Position numbers and translations under genes: made by a program. This document shows, one piece after another, positions 25,376 to 37,900 of a stretch of 64,000 bases of DNA. The DNA is from Takakia lepidozioides. Lineage: Eukaryota > Plantae > Bryophyta. Position 1 is the stretch's first letter; each line of letters starts with the position of its first letter. Under the pieces are notes generated by a model that worked only from the letters and a program-made list of their open reading frames with translations, searched no databases and was not told where the DNA came from. The stretch spans positions 71,548,001-71,612,000 of the forward strand of contig CM060733.1 of NCBI GenBank assembly GCA_030704615.1. Direction: 5' to 3'.

Positions 25376-25930
25376 TGTCATGGTTTTAGTCATGGTTAAC
25401 TAGAATTACCCACTTCTAGTTAACTAGGATATTTTGGATATTTATATTTATATTTTGTGTGTTGGAACTTCATTTGGTCTCATATGCCAAGTGAGGTGTC
25501 AAGCCTCACTTGGGACATGGGGATGGGTTTTCCCCTTGTGAAGGTTGAGGAGGGCTCATCTTCTTGTAGTTGAGCCTCCATGAGCCTCTCTCACCTCCAT
25601 AGCTCTAGGTATTGAGAGGAGTGTGGTGAGGGCTTTGTAGGGTGGATTCCTTTAGCAAAGGTGCCCTTGGCTTGACTTAGTTTATGTGATTGAGTGGATT
25701 CATGAGTGGAATGTTTCCATTGTGTTCACTTTCATTATCACTACAATAAGATCTCTTTATGCTTGTGAATGCAGAGTGTAAGGGTTAGTTTAACACTTGT
25801 GTGTTGAAGAGAGCTTGGTAGAGAGCTCTTGTAATGCAAGGTGTTGCAGGTATTGCAAAGGAAAATCCTTGTGCTATGGAGAACATGGATGTGAGGATTT
25901 GATAAACATTGTTTTGTTCTACAGAGGTGG
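25376..25930 (+). repeat. LTR-like repeat (starts TGTCATGG); inverted copy at ~32372-32977
   Basis: Clear reverse-complement similarity over ~550-600 bp; no shared TSD. Confidence 0.7.
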
Positions 25931-27274
25931 AGAGCTTAATGAGAGAGCTCTTGTATCACAAAGGGCTTGCATGGTTTTACAAGGTGGAGTGTTTGCATGT
26001 GCACTTAGGGTTTTAGAGCTTGGAAGGAGAGCTCTTATATCACAAGAGGAGCGTCTTGTGCATGGAAAGCATAGATGATAGGGTTTCAGGAGCTTTGCAA
26101 AGCATTATGGAGTAAAGGCGTGCATGTGATGACATGTGGATAGCTACCAAGAGGCTATGGAGTGCTTTCTCTTGCTCTAGTCAAGCTAGGTTCAAGGTTT
26201 TCATGGTGTGGGAGAAGAACCAAGGAGTGGCGCGAGCTTGGGCTTGAAGCACAAGGAAGTAAGAGGGCTGATTTCCCTTGTGAGAAGGGAGTGGATGTGT
26301 GGAGCATATTTTCAGCCCATTGAGGCTTCTATTTTCAAGCTTTGGAGAGCAAGAAAAGAAGGGAGAGGGTTGGTTTCCATTTAGGTGAAAGAAAAGCACT
26401 TGTGGAGCATATGTTTGAGTTGGGGTTTCAACTTTAAGCTTGAGGAGAGCACCGCTCTTGAAGCGGCAAGTATAGGGGCTGGAATAAGCATTAAGAGGTG
26501 TGCTATGGCCAAGAAGAGTGCGTGAATGAGTGCTTACAAGGGCTGGAAATCAGCCATGCTTGGTTAGTTGTCATAGGATGAATGGCGCGGTTTTTGTGAG
26601 TTAAAGAAGAGAAAGCGGACTTGGTGTATGGCAATCATCTTCCTCATGAGTTAGACTCACTATTGGTGGTGTGTGGGAGTGGAAAAGAGCAAGGAAACAT
26701 CTCTGATTTCTTCACAACCACCATAGTTCATTGCAATGAAGCCTAGGGTTCAAAGAGACAACAAGGAGGACTTGGGAGTTCAAGAAAAACTCAAGAGGAG
26801 CTTAAGTGGTTGACTCAAAGTGCCATATTGACAAAGACTGAAACTAGTAAGTGAAGAGTTGAAAACTCCTCTTTTGCAAGAAGTGGCAATGTGTTGGTTC
26901 TTGTTTCCATAAAGGAGAGCAATATATGGAAGCTAAGAGGTGGACTATGCATGTGAATGGCCAAGGAAGAGCACATGTAGGAGTGCAAACAAGAGCCAAA
27001 AGGAAGCAATGCTTTGTTGCTTGCCAATGGGGAAGAAAGTCTTGTTTGAGTTCATAGGAGCAAGTGAACTTGTTTTGTAGCAAATGTCTTGCTAGTTGAG
27101 TTGGAGATGCTCTTGGTTACACATTGGAGTGGAAGAGATCAAGAGTGTTCATCTTGTTATCACATAGAGCTCATGGATTCTTGAGAAGATCAAGCATGAA
27201 GCTCAAGGAAGCACAAACCCTAGCTTGGGATGCACAAACCCTAGCATGAGATACACATGAAATCCCAGGTTCAT

Positions 27275-27500
27275 GAGAACGGTCACCATAGTGTGGGAAC
27301 GGTCACTATAGTATGGGAACAGTAACTATAGGTTAGGAACCGTCACTGTAGGGTGGGAACAGTAACTATAGTGTAGGAACAGTAACTATAGTATGGGAAC
27401 AGTAACTATAGGTTGAGAACCGTCACTATAGGTTGGGAACAATATCTATAATATGTGAACGATAACTATCCGTTAGGAACGGTCATTATAGGCTAGGAAC
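27275..27500. repeat. Minisatellite, ~11 x 20 bp (GGAACAGTAACTATAGTATG-like)
   Basis: Directly visible tandem units. Confidence 0.85.
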
Positions 27501-28093
27501 ATAGTGATATATAAAGACAATATATAGCTTTTGGAAGATTTTCAAGGGCATTTGGGAGGATTGTATGGGGGATCTTTGGGGTCCTTTGAGGAGCTTTTGG
27601 AAGACATTTTTAGGAACTTTTGTAGGACAATTTGAAGAGTCATTGGAGGACTATTTGGAGGACTCTTTGGGGCCCTTGGAGGCCAATATTTGGCGAGCTG
27701 GAGGAGTCTTTGGCGACTTGTGTAAGGGACTATTTGGGGTCCTCAATGGACCCACACTCTATCCCTGCTCCTTCAGCTATCCATGCCTCTGCACAAATCA
27801 TGCATTCATCTTTGCCTTGCTGCTAGCATCTGACAATGACAACCTAGATTTGTTCTAGGAAACACCCAACTCAGCTTATCACACTAGTTCCTATGCTGAA
27901 TTGCGTCTGCTTGTAATCCAACAGGCATTCACCTTTTTTGCCTCCATTGTCCCATCATTGATTGGGGTCAGAAAAGTATTCATTCCACAGCTTCTCCTCG
28001 TCTCTGGTACCTGTTTCTGGATACTTTCCTGTTCACACACCTGGGATGCTGCCCTAAGGGGCCCTTCTAATTGATTTCTCGATCAGCCCTCCA

Positions 28094-29843
28094 TTAGCAG
28101 TCATGGAACTGGTCATCTTTGATAATACAGAGCATGCCGGCTGTTGTCTCAGTAAATTGCAGATGTTCTTCTTCTGCCAAATCGCGCTGCACCGCAGTGG
28201 GTAATCTAGCGGGGGTGCGAGCCCCCTTTGTGTGGTGCCCTGTTCCCACACAAATAAACATCTATTCCCGCTGGCGAGTGGTTCTTACCTTAGACCGCAA
28301 AGCTGCAATCTCACGCTTCAATCTAGGAATTGCCTCATTCACATGCAGGCCATGTAAATCCAGTAGCGAATAACCTGGCGAGAAGCTATTTTGAACATAT
28401 GCACTTGAAATTCTGCAGCAAAAATGACAAGTAACTTAAAGCTGTTCTGTATAGCATGACCTTCCACAACACTCTTGCTTTCCTCTCCACAGACAGATAA
28501 TATCTTGTGAACTCAGATGCTCCAAACAGGTTCAAGTTGTCTGTAAGAAAACTCTACTAACCCATAACACAGTCATATGTGTGCCACCAGTTCTTGGGAT
28601 TTACATGATCTCTACACAAAAATGACGAAAACAAGAAAGTGTTTCACACTCAACCGCCTTTCCTACTGCGACAGTCACCTTATCTTTGCCAAAAGATAGC
28701 CTCTCCAGCCTTACTATGGGCAGCCTTCATCTACTCATTATGCCACTGTCCCTTCGCACTTAACTCCTTGGCAAGTGCTTGGTTGCCTGTGAGATACGCC
28801 TGTCTTGCCTGTACATTAAGATCCGATGTGTTTGTTTACAAAATGTTTTGGTGGTTCACAGGGTCATAGTGAAAGTAAGGCCTTCAATTGAAAAGACTGC
28901 TACAGGATCCCTTCAGGAGTCCTAGCCCTGTAGCAAGTCTTTGCACACCACTATGGACCTCACTCTATTCAGCCTACATCATACTGGCAGATTCAGCCTA
29001 GACAACAGAAGAAGAGAGAATCCAGATCATCAGTGAGAAGAGTCTGTCCAGACACCCTCACCTACTCAAAGTTGGCATTGCGTACACGAGCATGGTTACG
29101 AGCTTCTTCTCGCATATCTGAGTACATGCTTGCTACACCCACTAAACCTATTAGGAGTACAGATACGTAGAAGACTGCGAGTGTATATTACACTCACCAT
29201 GAAGATTGGTAGCCTAGAAGTATGTTAATATAGCATGAAGTACATACATTACACAATACAGGAGTGAAGGCCCCAACTCACCAATGTGGTGGAGAACACA
29301 ATGCAGCCCTAACTCAACGGCTTAGACCAAGAAACCACTTCACAATTCATCAAGTTATTGGAACAAAACGAAAGTAATACATTTGTGTGGATCACGTTCA
29401 GATAGTGCAGTGATGGAATCATTTACCAATTCCCAGATTTCTCAAAATCATCATCTGTATATGTGCAATCCCTAAGTCGAGACCAAAAAGTTGGCTCATG
29501 GCTGCTGGGCAGCTGATTTCATAGCAGCCTCTAGGCATCTCGTCTGATTTTGCATGCGAGCCTTCCAAAGGAAACCATGACAACGCACTTGAAATCAAAG
29601 ACCAGATTTTGATTTGAACCACATACACTTTGACCCTGCATAAATGAAGTCAACAAGGAGTTCCTGCAAGTTCATATTTTGTATAAGAATGAAGCCATTG
29701 CGAGGAAGCTTACCAACAGAATCCCCAGTCTCAAGCCAAGTTGATTGAGGCTGTTGATGCATCTCATGCCTATGAACGTGATAAGAGTCCAGCCTTTCTC
29801 CCATGAGCAACCCTTGCATCTCGGGAGAAGCCATGTCCGTCAC
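28094..29843 (-). pseudogene. CID7: CID7-like (PABP-interacting protein 7; DUF1771 + Smr) pseudogene retaining introns
   Basis: Exons read WLETGDSV|ASMYSDMREEARNHARVRNANFE*|ARQAYLTGNQALAKELSAKGQWHNE*MKAAH...|LDLHGLHVNEA...RE*MFICVGTGHHTKGARTPARLP; GT-AG junctions phase-compatible where checked. Confidence 0.82.
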
Positions 29844-30959
29844 GTAATGTCGGATTGGTCTGTAAGAACCACCACGGTGCAGCTAAGCAGGCAGAGATTG
29901 AAACACGGCCTGCTAAGACCAAGCTGACTCTCCCAAGAACCTTGTAAACATCAGGAAGAATACCAAATCATGGTACTAACAGGAGCCAACAGCCCACATT
30001 TGCAGGATGGACAAACTTCTTCACATCGTACATGAAGAAAAAGCCACACCTTGCGATTGCGGTTCTCGCACCATCGTGAAGGATCTTTAAAAAAACTCAT
30101 GCCAGCTCTGCTCCGTGCTGCAAATTCAGGGCCGAGTCTGATGAGAGGGCAAAACAGGCTGAAATAGGTCGAAGAAGAAGGTGCCCTCACCACATTGTCC
30201 TCGACCTTGTGTCATGACCCATGGAGGATTTGACTGACCATGAAACCAAGAGGACCTCTTGTGTGTGCTGCTTGTGTCTGTAGTCAGGTAATGTCGGATT
30301 GGTCTGCGAGAACCACCACGGTGCAGCTGAGCGGGTAGAGATTGAAACACGGCCTACTAAGTTGACTCTCCCAAGAATAGCCAGCTCCCAGCTGAAACCT
30401 CCTCGCACACATACCCTAGCGTTTCTAGGGTTGCTTGCTTCAGATGCGAAGGTTGCTCCAAATGCGGGCCTCCCATGCATGTTTGCCCTCCCTCCCGCTC
30501 GCTCTAAGTCCCAGCCCTCTCTCTCTCCATCCATCCCTCCCACTCGCTCTAAATCTGTTCACGGCCACCGTGATGAGCAACTTTTTAAGTTTTTTAAACT
30601 TTTTGCAAACCCTATAGGCAACTTTTTGATATCTTTTTTAAATTTAAAGGAAACTCAAGCCCTTGAGGAGACCCCCTTTCATTTGGGCCATGAGACCTAT
30701 AGGACGATCAATGCCCAAACATACCGTCACGAACAATCCCACACACAGGGGAGGGCAACGGGTTTGAACCCAGAATCACCAGGGCGACACACTGTGCACT
30801 TACCAGCCGATGTGTTTTTTTCAAATCTTTTGCACTTTGATTCATTTTTTTTGTTTTTTTTTCAAATTCATTCTAGTGGTCAGAGTCTCGATTTTTTAAA
30901 AACATAAATACTCATATATTATATATATAACCAAAAAAACATGTGTCGACACCTGTAGT

Positions 30960-31401
30960 CATGTAGTGATTCATCCATATGATAATCTGGCAACATGCAT
31001 TAGAGTGAGAGTCATGAAGTCATATGTGCGTCTAGCAATATGCACACGTCATTCCAGTATAACCATGTCCATGACTGGTAGTCATATCCGCTATGTGATG
31101 ATCTGGCAACATGCATTAGAGTGAGAGTCATGAAGTCATATGTGCGTCTAGCAATATGCACACGTCATTCCAGTATAGCCATGTCCGTGGCTGGTAGTCA
31201 TATCCGCCATGCCAATATTCGTGGTCAAACATGTTTGACATGTGTTGAGCAGAATCCAGAGTCATGCAATCGCATATACGCCTTTCCCAGACCTGCGTTA
31301 TGACTTCAAAGGCATTTTACGACTACAAATGGTATTTCTGCCACAAATCGGTCATGACTGCGCACCCATGGCAGTCATGAAAGCCACAATCTGTTGTAGT
31401 G
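30960..31401. repeat. 116-bp tandem duplication and GTCATG-rich tract ending in TAGTG (CACTA-like right end)
   Basis: ATCTGGCAAC at 30985 and 31101; CTGTTGTAGTG at 31391-31401. Confidence 0.55.
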
Positions 31402-31449
31402 TTAGAGACAAGTTTACAACAGGTGTGATTGTGAGTTTTCATCACGGAG

Positions 31450-31950
31450 GTGCCACCAGTTGCTGAGGGGAGTGCCGGTACGAGTACTAATGATATTAGT
31501 GGGTACACGAGACGAGGTGTGCGGTTTAGGCCACCTTCACCTTCTGTGTCTTCTGAGGAGGGTTCCGATTCAGACTCTGAGGGATCCACGCCGCAGGTGC
31601 AAGCTATTTCCATGCCATTTTTGTGGGATACGATGGAGGAGATGTATGGAGCTACCAAGGGGCCTCGTAGGTACTCTGGAGCTGTGGGCACCATCGAGCT
31701 TGATAATTTCATACAAGAGTTTGATAGTTGGTGCAATTGCAGCAGATGCGCAATCCACAACTGTTTACGCCTTTTATGGCGTGGAAAGGGCTATTCCAAC
31801 ACCTTGAGGGGCCGCCCATGGATGACTACCATGAATTTAGGCGGGGAAATGAGGTGGAGATTGAGGAGTGACGACAATATTGGTCACCTGACTATGTCTC
31901 CATCACTAGAGGCACAGTGGCAAGAACCACGGCAGCAGCTACACCAGCGT
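31450..31950 (+). pseudogene. gag N-terminal remnant of an LTR retrotransposon
   Basis: PRRYSGAVGTIELDNFIQEFDSWC gag-like motif followed by a frameshift. Confidence 0.5.
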
Positions 31951-32019
31951 GGGGAATTGCCCGAAGCCTTTGGTTATGTGGTGGACTATCAGTGGGAACC
32001 TATACCCTTCATCTACCCG

Positions 32020-32345
32020 TTGCGACCCCCCCAAAGTCGCAACCTTTCTTTGGCATCGCAGCAAGATTCTGCGACGCCGGAAGGTCGCAAACCACCGCGA
32101 GCTGGCGGGGCCCTCGCCACGTGCCTAAGTGGGAAGGGGTGACATTGCGACCCCCCGGCGTCACATCATCCCAGGGGCGTCGCAGAGCACTTCTGCGACG
32201 CCAGGACATCGCAACCTCCTAGCGCGCCCTCACCACGTGCCTAAGTGGGAGGGGGTGCCGTTGCGACCCCCGGGCGTCGCAGCATCCCGGGAGCGCCGCA
32301 GAGCACTTCTGCGTCGCCAGGGCGTCGCAACCCCCCAGCGCGCTA
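32020..32345. repeat. GC-rich ~116-125-bp tandem repeat (about 3 units) with internal hairpins
   Basis: Recurring TTGCGACCCC...GCGTCGCAGAGCACTTCTGCGACGCC...CCACGTGCCTAAGTGGGA. Confidence 0.75.
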
Positions 32346-32371
32346 GCGGGGGGATGGGGTCACATTAGTGG

Positions 32372-32977
32372 TTCTTCACCTCTGTAGAATAAAACAATGT
32401 TTCTCAAAGCCCTAAGAACCACAAGGGTTTTCCCTTTGTAATACCTGCAACACCTTGTAACATATGAGTTATTTTCCTAAGCTCTCTTCTCAAGCTTTCA
32501 AGCTCTTCAACACCCAAGTGCACAACTAATCCTTACACTCGGCATTCACAAGTATAATGAGATCTTCTTGTAGTGATAAGAGATGTGAGATGTGAGAAGT
32601 ACTCCAAGCATGAAAGCAATCACACTAAGAGCAAACCCTAGTCTTTCCAAATGAAAATCCACTCTATCACATAAACTAAGTCAAGCCAATGGCACCTTTG
32701 CTAAATGAATCCCCCCTACAAAACCCTCAACACACTCCCTCTCAATATTTAGAGCTATGGAGGTGAGAAATGCTCATGGAGGCTCAACCACAAGAAGATG
32801 AGTCTCCTCAACCCTCACAATGGGAAAACCTATCCCCATGTTCCAAATGAGGCTTGACACCTCACTTGGCATATGAGATCAAATTAAGTCCCAACACACA
32901 AAATACAAATACAAATATCCATGTCCTAATTAGCTAGAAGTAGGTAATTCTAGTTAACCATGACTAAAACCATGACA
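32372..32977 (-). repeat. Inverted partial copy of the LTR-like repeat at 25376
   Basis: Ends ...TAAAACCATGACA, the reverse complement of TGTCATGGTTTTA. Confidence 0.7.
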
Positions 32978-33377
32978 CTCACTTAAAAGCTGTAACACAG
33001 ATCATGAATAGGAAATCTTCTTTCCATCCAAGTCTATATGGAATGAACTTTGTGGCCTTCTTTACCACAATGATTGCAAAGACAAATCTAGGTGTAGCTG
33101 TCTAGTACACATATTCTATTGCATGCATGCTTAGGAAGGGTCAAGTTTTTGCAAGACACCCTAAAGTCCATCAAACGGTCACTGGTCGGCCAGCCCCTTG
33201 AATCCACAGAGTCATTTGCATGTTCTAGTCTAAGAGGGATTTGAAATGACAGTGATTCCTGGAAAAACCAAATGTTTGTGGGTTAGTTGGCCAAATGCCA
33301 ATATCACCTGTACTGACAGTAATGTTGAGTGGAAAAAGAGCTACAACAAGTGGAGGAGTCCAAAGGGTTACAGCCAA

Positions 33378-33516
33378 AATGGCAATTGCAAAATTCAAAG
33401 ATGGAGATGATCTTGATTCCAACGTTAGGTTGTTCAAAGCAATACGTGAGGCTAATGGAGATGTCAGTGAGCTAAATAAGCTCACATTGTTTTCTTGCTC
33501 ACTACGGAAGGGGTAG
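33378..33516 (+). pseudogene. Short gag-like remnant
   Basis: KFKDGDDLDSNVRLFKAIREANG...KLTLFSCSLR resembles a retrotransposon gag N-terminus. Confidence 0.4.
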
Positions 33517-33672
33517 TTCAACTGGTGGGCGTGGGCTCATGGAAAGTTTTATAGGTCATAAACATTCTTGCATATTCGTTTTGTCATTGATACTTTTGCT
33601 TATCCTTATACCCTAAAACCTCATATCCAAGTTTGAAGCTCATTGAGAGAGAGAGAGAGAGAGAGAGAGAAG

Positions 33673-33752
33673 ACTCCGGCCGTAGCCGGCGTAACTAAGA
33701 GCCACTTCACCTTATGGCTACTGCCCCCTTTCGGGGGTGGGCCCTATATCCA
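33673..33752 (-). repeat. Second copy of the SINE-like 3' body, ending in (TC)n
   Basis: Aligns by eye with 24501-24575; abuts the (GA)n run at 33645-33670. Confidence 0.5.
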
Positions 33753-34998
33753 TGTTTGAAGCTCATTCAAAGAACAAATCCTAAACCCAATACCCTAAAT
33801 TCTCATATCCATATTTGAAGCTCATTCAAAAAACAAATTCCAGCTTTGACTCTCGAATGGGCACCCATAGCAAATCCCTACACTCCCCCACAATTCCCTA
33901 GGTGAATATAATACCTCGTCATTGGGTGTCCCACCTAGTTGAGAGAGTATAGAGTTGGATCAAATCGCAGAATCTTCTTTGCTTTGTATAGTAGTGCTCA
34001 AAAGTTTCATTTGTAAACATAGTGAAACTGAAGGGGTTCTTTGTAGAATCATGTAGACACCTATAGAAGTATATATAAGGTGAGTATTGACCCGATAGCG
34101 CCAAAAGCCCGATGGGCGACCATCGCATTTTGACATTGGGAGCTCAGAACAAAGTTTTCTGACATGCTCAAATCCTCTGGCAATGTCCGAAGAAGTGAAG
34201 CACACTGTGGCCCCATGCTTGACAAACAATCTAAACTGGGTGTTACATGTCATCCCTTCCAGCATAGATCTTGTTCAGGTCTTCTCTGCAAATATGATAC
34301 TGAAGATGGGACAATCTTCCTACAACAGATGCATATTTATGTTGTGATGGAGGACGATACAACAACCAAAGAATATAACACATTGACAAAATTTCCTTTT
34401 CGAAATCATCGACTGCAACATCAAGCCTGGCCCCACAAATGTGACCTACAGCTCTTCAGCTGTGATGTACAGAAAGGCAACCACAAGAGCGTGCCCAATT
34501 GGTTGGTCCTCCATCAATGCTGAACAAAGTCTCTAGAGAGGAGTGTCTTCGGTGTCTCAATCTTCATTGCTCCCAGATTAAGCCAAAACATAGGGTCTCA
34601 GCCAATCTAAATCACCTTTTCTTGGTGAGTTTCACTCCACCCTTTCAAAGACTCAACATAATTTGCTACCCCAAGCTCATAGGGCCACCAACACTTGAGT
34701 AATAATCTTTCTACCCAGCTTCGATGTCCCCTTTACTGGCAGCCACTGTTACCACTCCCCTCCTATCTCTTTCTTAGGGCCATTCATAAAGACTTTGCCA
34801 ATGAGTGTTCTCTTTGGGCCTTTCTCTGCCTGCACTACAGATAATTTAAAGTATAATAACCTGTTTGGGGACAGAAAAGCAGTTTACACGCGGGACGATT
34901 TTGACTCATGACAGCCCAATATCCAAAGGTTAGGACCTCGCATACATCAAACCCCGGTCCCAAAAAGATGATCTGCAAATGCACAAAGAGTCCCTTCG

Positions 34999-37900
34999 TC
35001 AAGTGACAGGAGTCAACAGAGGCTTTCCAGAAAAATGTGCTTCCAAGTTGCTAACCACGAGGTCTGCCATAGCCCGTCCGGTTTCCCACGTTCCACTTGC
35101 AACGTGGGGCAGTAAGACCACATTATCCATGTTCCACAGCTCCTGGGGAACATGGGGCTCCTTCTCAAACACATCCAAGCCAGCCCCGCCCACCCGGCCT
35201 TCCATCAGCGCCTTCACTAGTTCTTGTTCATCCACCACTGGTCCTCGTGCAATATTGACAAGAAAACCCTATATTGTCCAGCAACTCAATTATCAGAATA
35301 GGCTTTAAAATCTGTGAAATGCCCAAATTCTTTCACAAACTGTTGATGTGATTTATGGAGGGACTGACGATGGGCAGAATACCAGTGTCATAGTGGTAGA
35401 TATTTAAAGGAAAATCACTGAGCTGCAGTTGGTTCATGACTATGGTGGTCATCGTGCCAAGATGTGCTAGTAACACATTATCACACTTCAATCAAGACCT
35501 GCTAGAATAGAGCTCAATCTACCAAATGGGACAAGGTAGAATGTGAGGGAGATGAAGAATCCCACTTGAAGTATGCACCCTATTATGATTAATTCCCACT
35601 GGCCCTATATCTGTGGAATAACAGAGCCTGCTGGATGGAACCCCTCCAGGAATAACGTACCTCAGGTCCCAATGCATCCAAGACTTTTCGATTGACCATA
35701 TGGGTTGTCTCTTCTGTCAAAGAGCAGCAAAGCACCAGCATGTCTGAATCTTTCGCAAGGTCTACCACACTGTCATAGAACTTGTATGGGACACCTTTCT
35801 TCTCCGACCTTGCAAAATATGATATGTGGCAACTGAAGGCCTCAGCTCTCTTAGCTATCGCCTGCCCAATCCGGCCCAGACCAACAATTCCCAGGTGCTT
35901 GCCACTCATCTGGGCATACAAAATTCACATGAGACCATGTTATGAGCAACTGGAACGAATGATGAAGTAATAAGTTTGGAGTTCATGATGGGGCTGATGA
36001 ACCCTTGGCAAGTGAACGATGAAACACTGAAAGTTGGCATGTCAAAGTAAATGATGGTCACCCGTGGCCCAGCAGCACCTCAGCATACACTACAAATAAC
36101 TGGTGAGAGTCTCTACAAGACATGTAAAATACATCTACAGACGGGCAGAGTGAAGTCAATATGGGAATATCTTATGGAAATACATACTTAGTGATTACAA
36201 CATTCCCTTATCTGCTTTGCTGTCCAATATTGAACCCTTTAGCCCTGTTGGACGTTGCAAAATGTGTACACTCATGTGTATGTTTGAGAGATAAGAGAGA
36301 AAGACAGCAACAATTAGCCCTTCCCTTCTATGACATACCTGTGAAGGCGAAGTCCCCACTAGATATTAACCAACCTGGCATGGGTCCATTAGACTCAACC
36401 GGGAATTGCCATAGTGCTCACGCACTGCCAACAACACTACAGGCAAGTGGTTTGACCAATATATATTCCTACAAAGGAGGAGATATTCTAGAACAGCTCC
36501 TCTAGCCTTCAGCTTGCAATAGATGCCAAACATCACTATGTTGCACAGCCAATAAAAGGGTGGAGAGAGAGAGAGAGAGAGAGACATTTTATTAGTTTAT
36601 TCATTGTCTAAGACTATGCCCAAAAGGATAGTAACCCTCCTTCACCTGCAAGTGCAGTTTTTCACCCCAAGGATTGAAGACTGAAACCACAGTATCCTTA
36701 GAATTCCCACACAAGCGACAATGAATGGAGTCCAGGCTAGCATGGTCGTCATACCAGAAAGCAAGAGGATGCTCGCAACTGCCTTAGACAGTTGGGGTAA
36801 GAGTATGTGGCAAACAAAGTATCCAGATTTCATGGAAAGAGTAACCCCATACCTTGGACGTAAGGGGGTATTCTCCCTGCTTTGGCCAACAGCCTTTCCG
36901 TACAAAACGGTCTGCCGCACAAATCTGACGCATGGTGGATAGAAGGAGTGCAATCGCCAGATCTGCACAATCGTCCGTCAATACATCCGGCGTGTTCGCT
37001 ACAACCACCCCCCTATCCTTGCATTTTTGCAAGTCCACCTGGCAGCCATTGGTCAGGTGAGTTAAGAGCATGTTACACTGCTGTACTGTAACCTCTCGGC
37101 TTGCATTTCAGGAGATATGATGAGAGAAGTATACTCTTGAAAACTCATAAACATAATGATCACATATCAGATAGATATTCTAAAACTTGCAGCCATTGAC
37201 CTGTGCTTTTACCACTGCCTGAAGCAACCAGAGCCTGGACTGCCAAAAGCCTCATAATACAAAGGATACTCTAGTTGATCTTAGAACTAAGGAGTCTTCC
37301 AGGGACGGGTATAACAATCTGAAAAGATACTGCTGTGGTACTGAAAGGAGGGAGAGAGAGCCTTATGCAGCACACCAGCCTACACTAGAGAAAAAACAAC
37401 CGTCGACTGTGGTTGAGGTTTCGTCATTCTGGTGTACAGAAGGGCAAATTTCTCAAAGCCTGCTGATCACACACTGTGATAAATCATTCTCTGAATTTAA
37501 GAAGCAGTCCTCAAAGCTCTAATTGAGTCATCAACTGGAACTTCAAATACAAAAATTCCTTGTTTGTTCCATCTGTTGAGCTATACTATGGTACGGTAGC
37601 TTCCTTGACCACATCCTCTATTACCATCCTCGATCTTCCTCAGGTATCAGTTTAACTTCTAATTCCTTCGCCTCAGAATTTCAGTTGGCTCAGTTTGCAG
37701 GGCATTAAATTCCATCTAATTCACTCTGCTTTTGTTTTGGGCAGCGTTCTGGAGCAAAATCTAGTCATACTTATTACTTTCCTGCCTGGGAAGCATGGCC
37801 AAATATCAAAAACAAGGGAAAGAGCTGGTCTGAACAGTAAAAATCTAGGGTCTAGTGCCAGGTTTGTACCAGATTTCAGCACAACGAGAACTTGAGGCAT

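Noticed and set aside
28262-29064. U-to-C RNA editing rescuing the CID7 stops
   Set aside because: Such editing is established for organellar transcripts, not nuclear spliced genes; the 5' part of the gene is also scrambled.
23418-31401. Single Pack-CACTA from CACTA (23418) to TAGTG (31401)
   Set aside because: The ends match poorly beyond CACTA, the 3-bp flanks differ (ACT vs TTA) and the subterminal repeats differ.
25376-32977. Large TIR element bounded by ~600-bp inverted repeats carrying the CID7 fragment
   Set aside because: Flanks (TCTTT / CTCAC) give no TSD and the copies are diverged; two independent LTR-like fragments are more likely.
36337-36470. Cryptic exon in intron 2 of the reductase gene
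   Set aside because: Plausible AG/GT ends, but it has a stop in the best frame and is not needed for a full-length protein.
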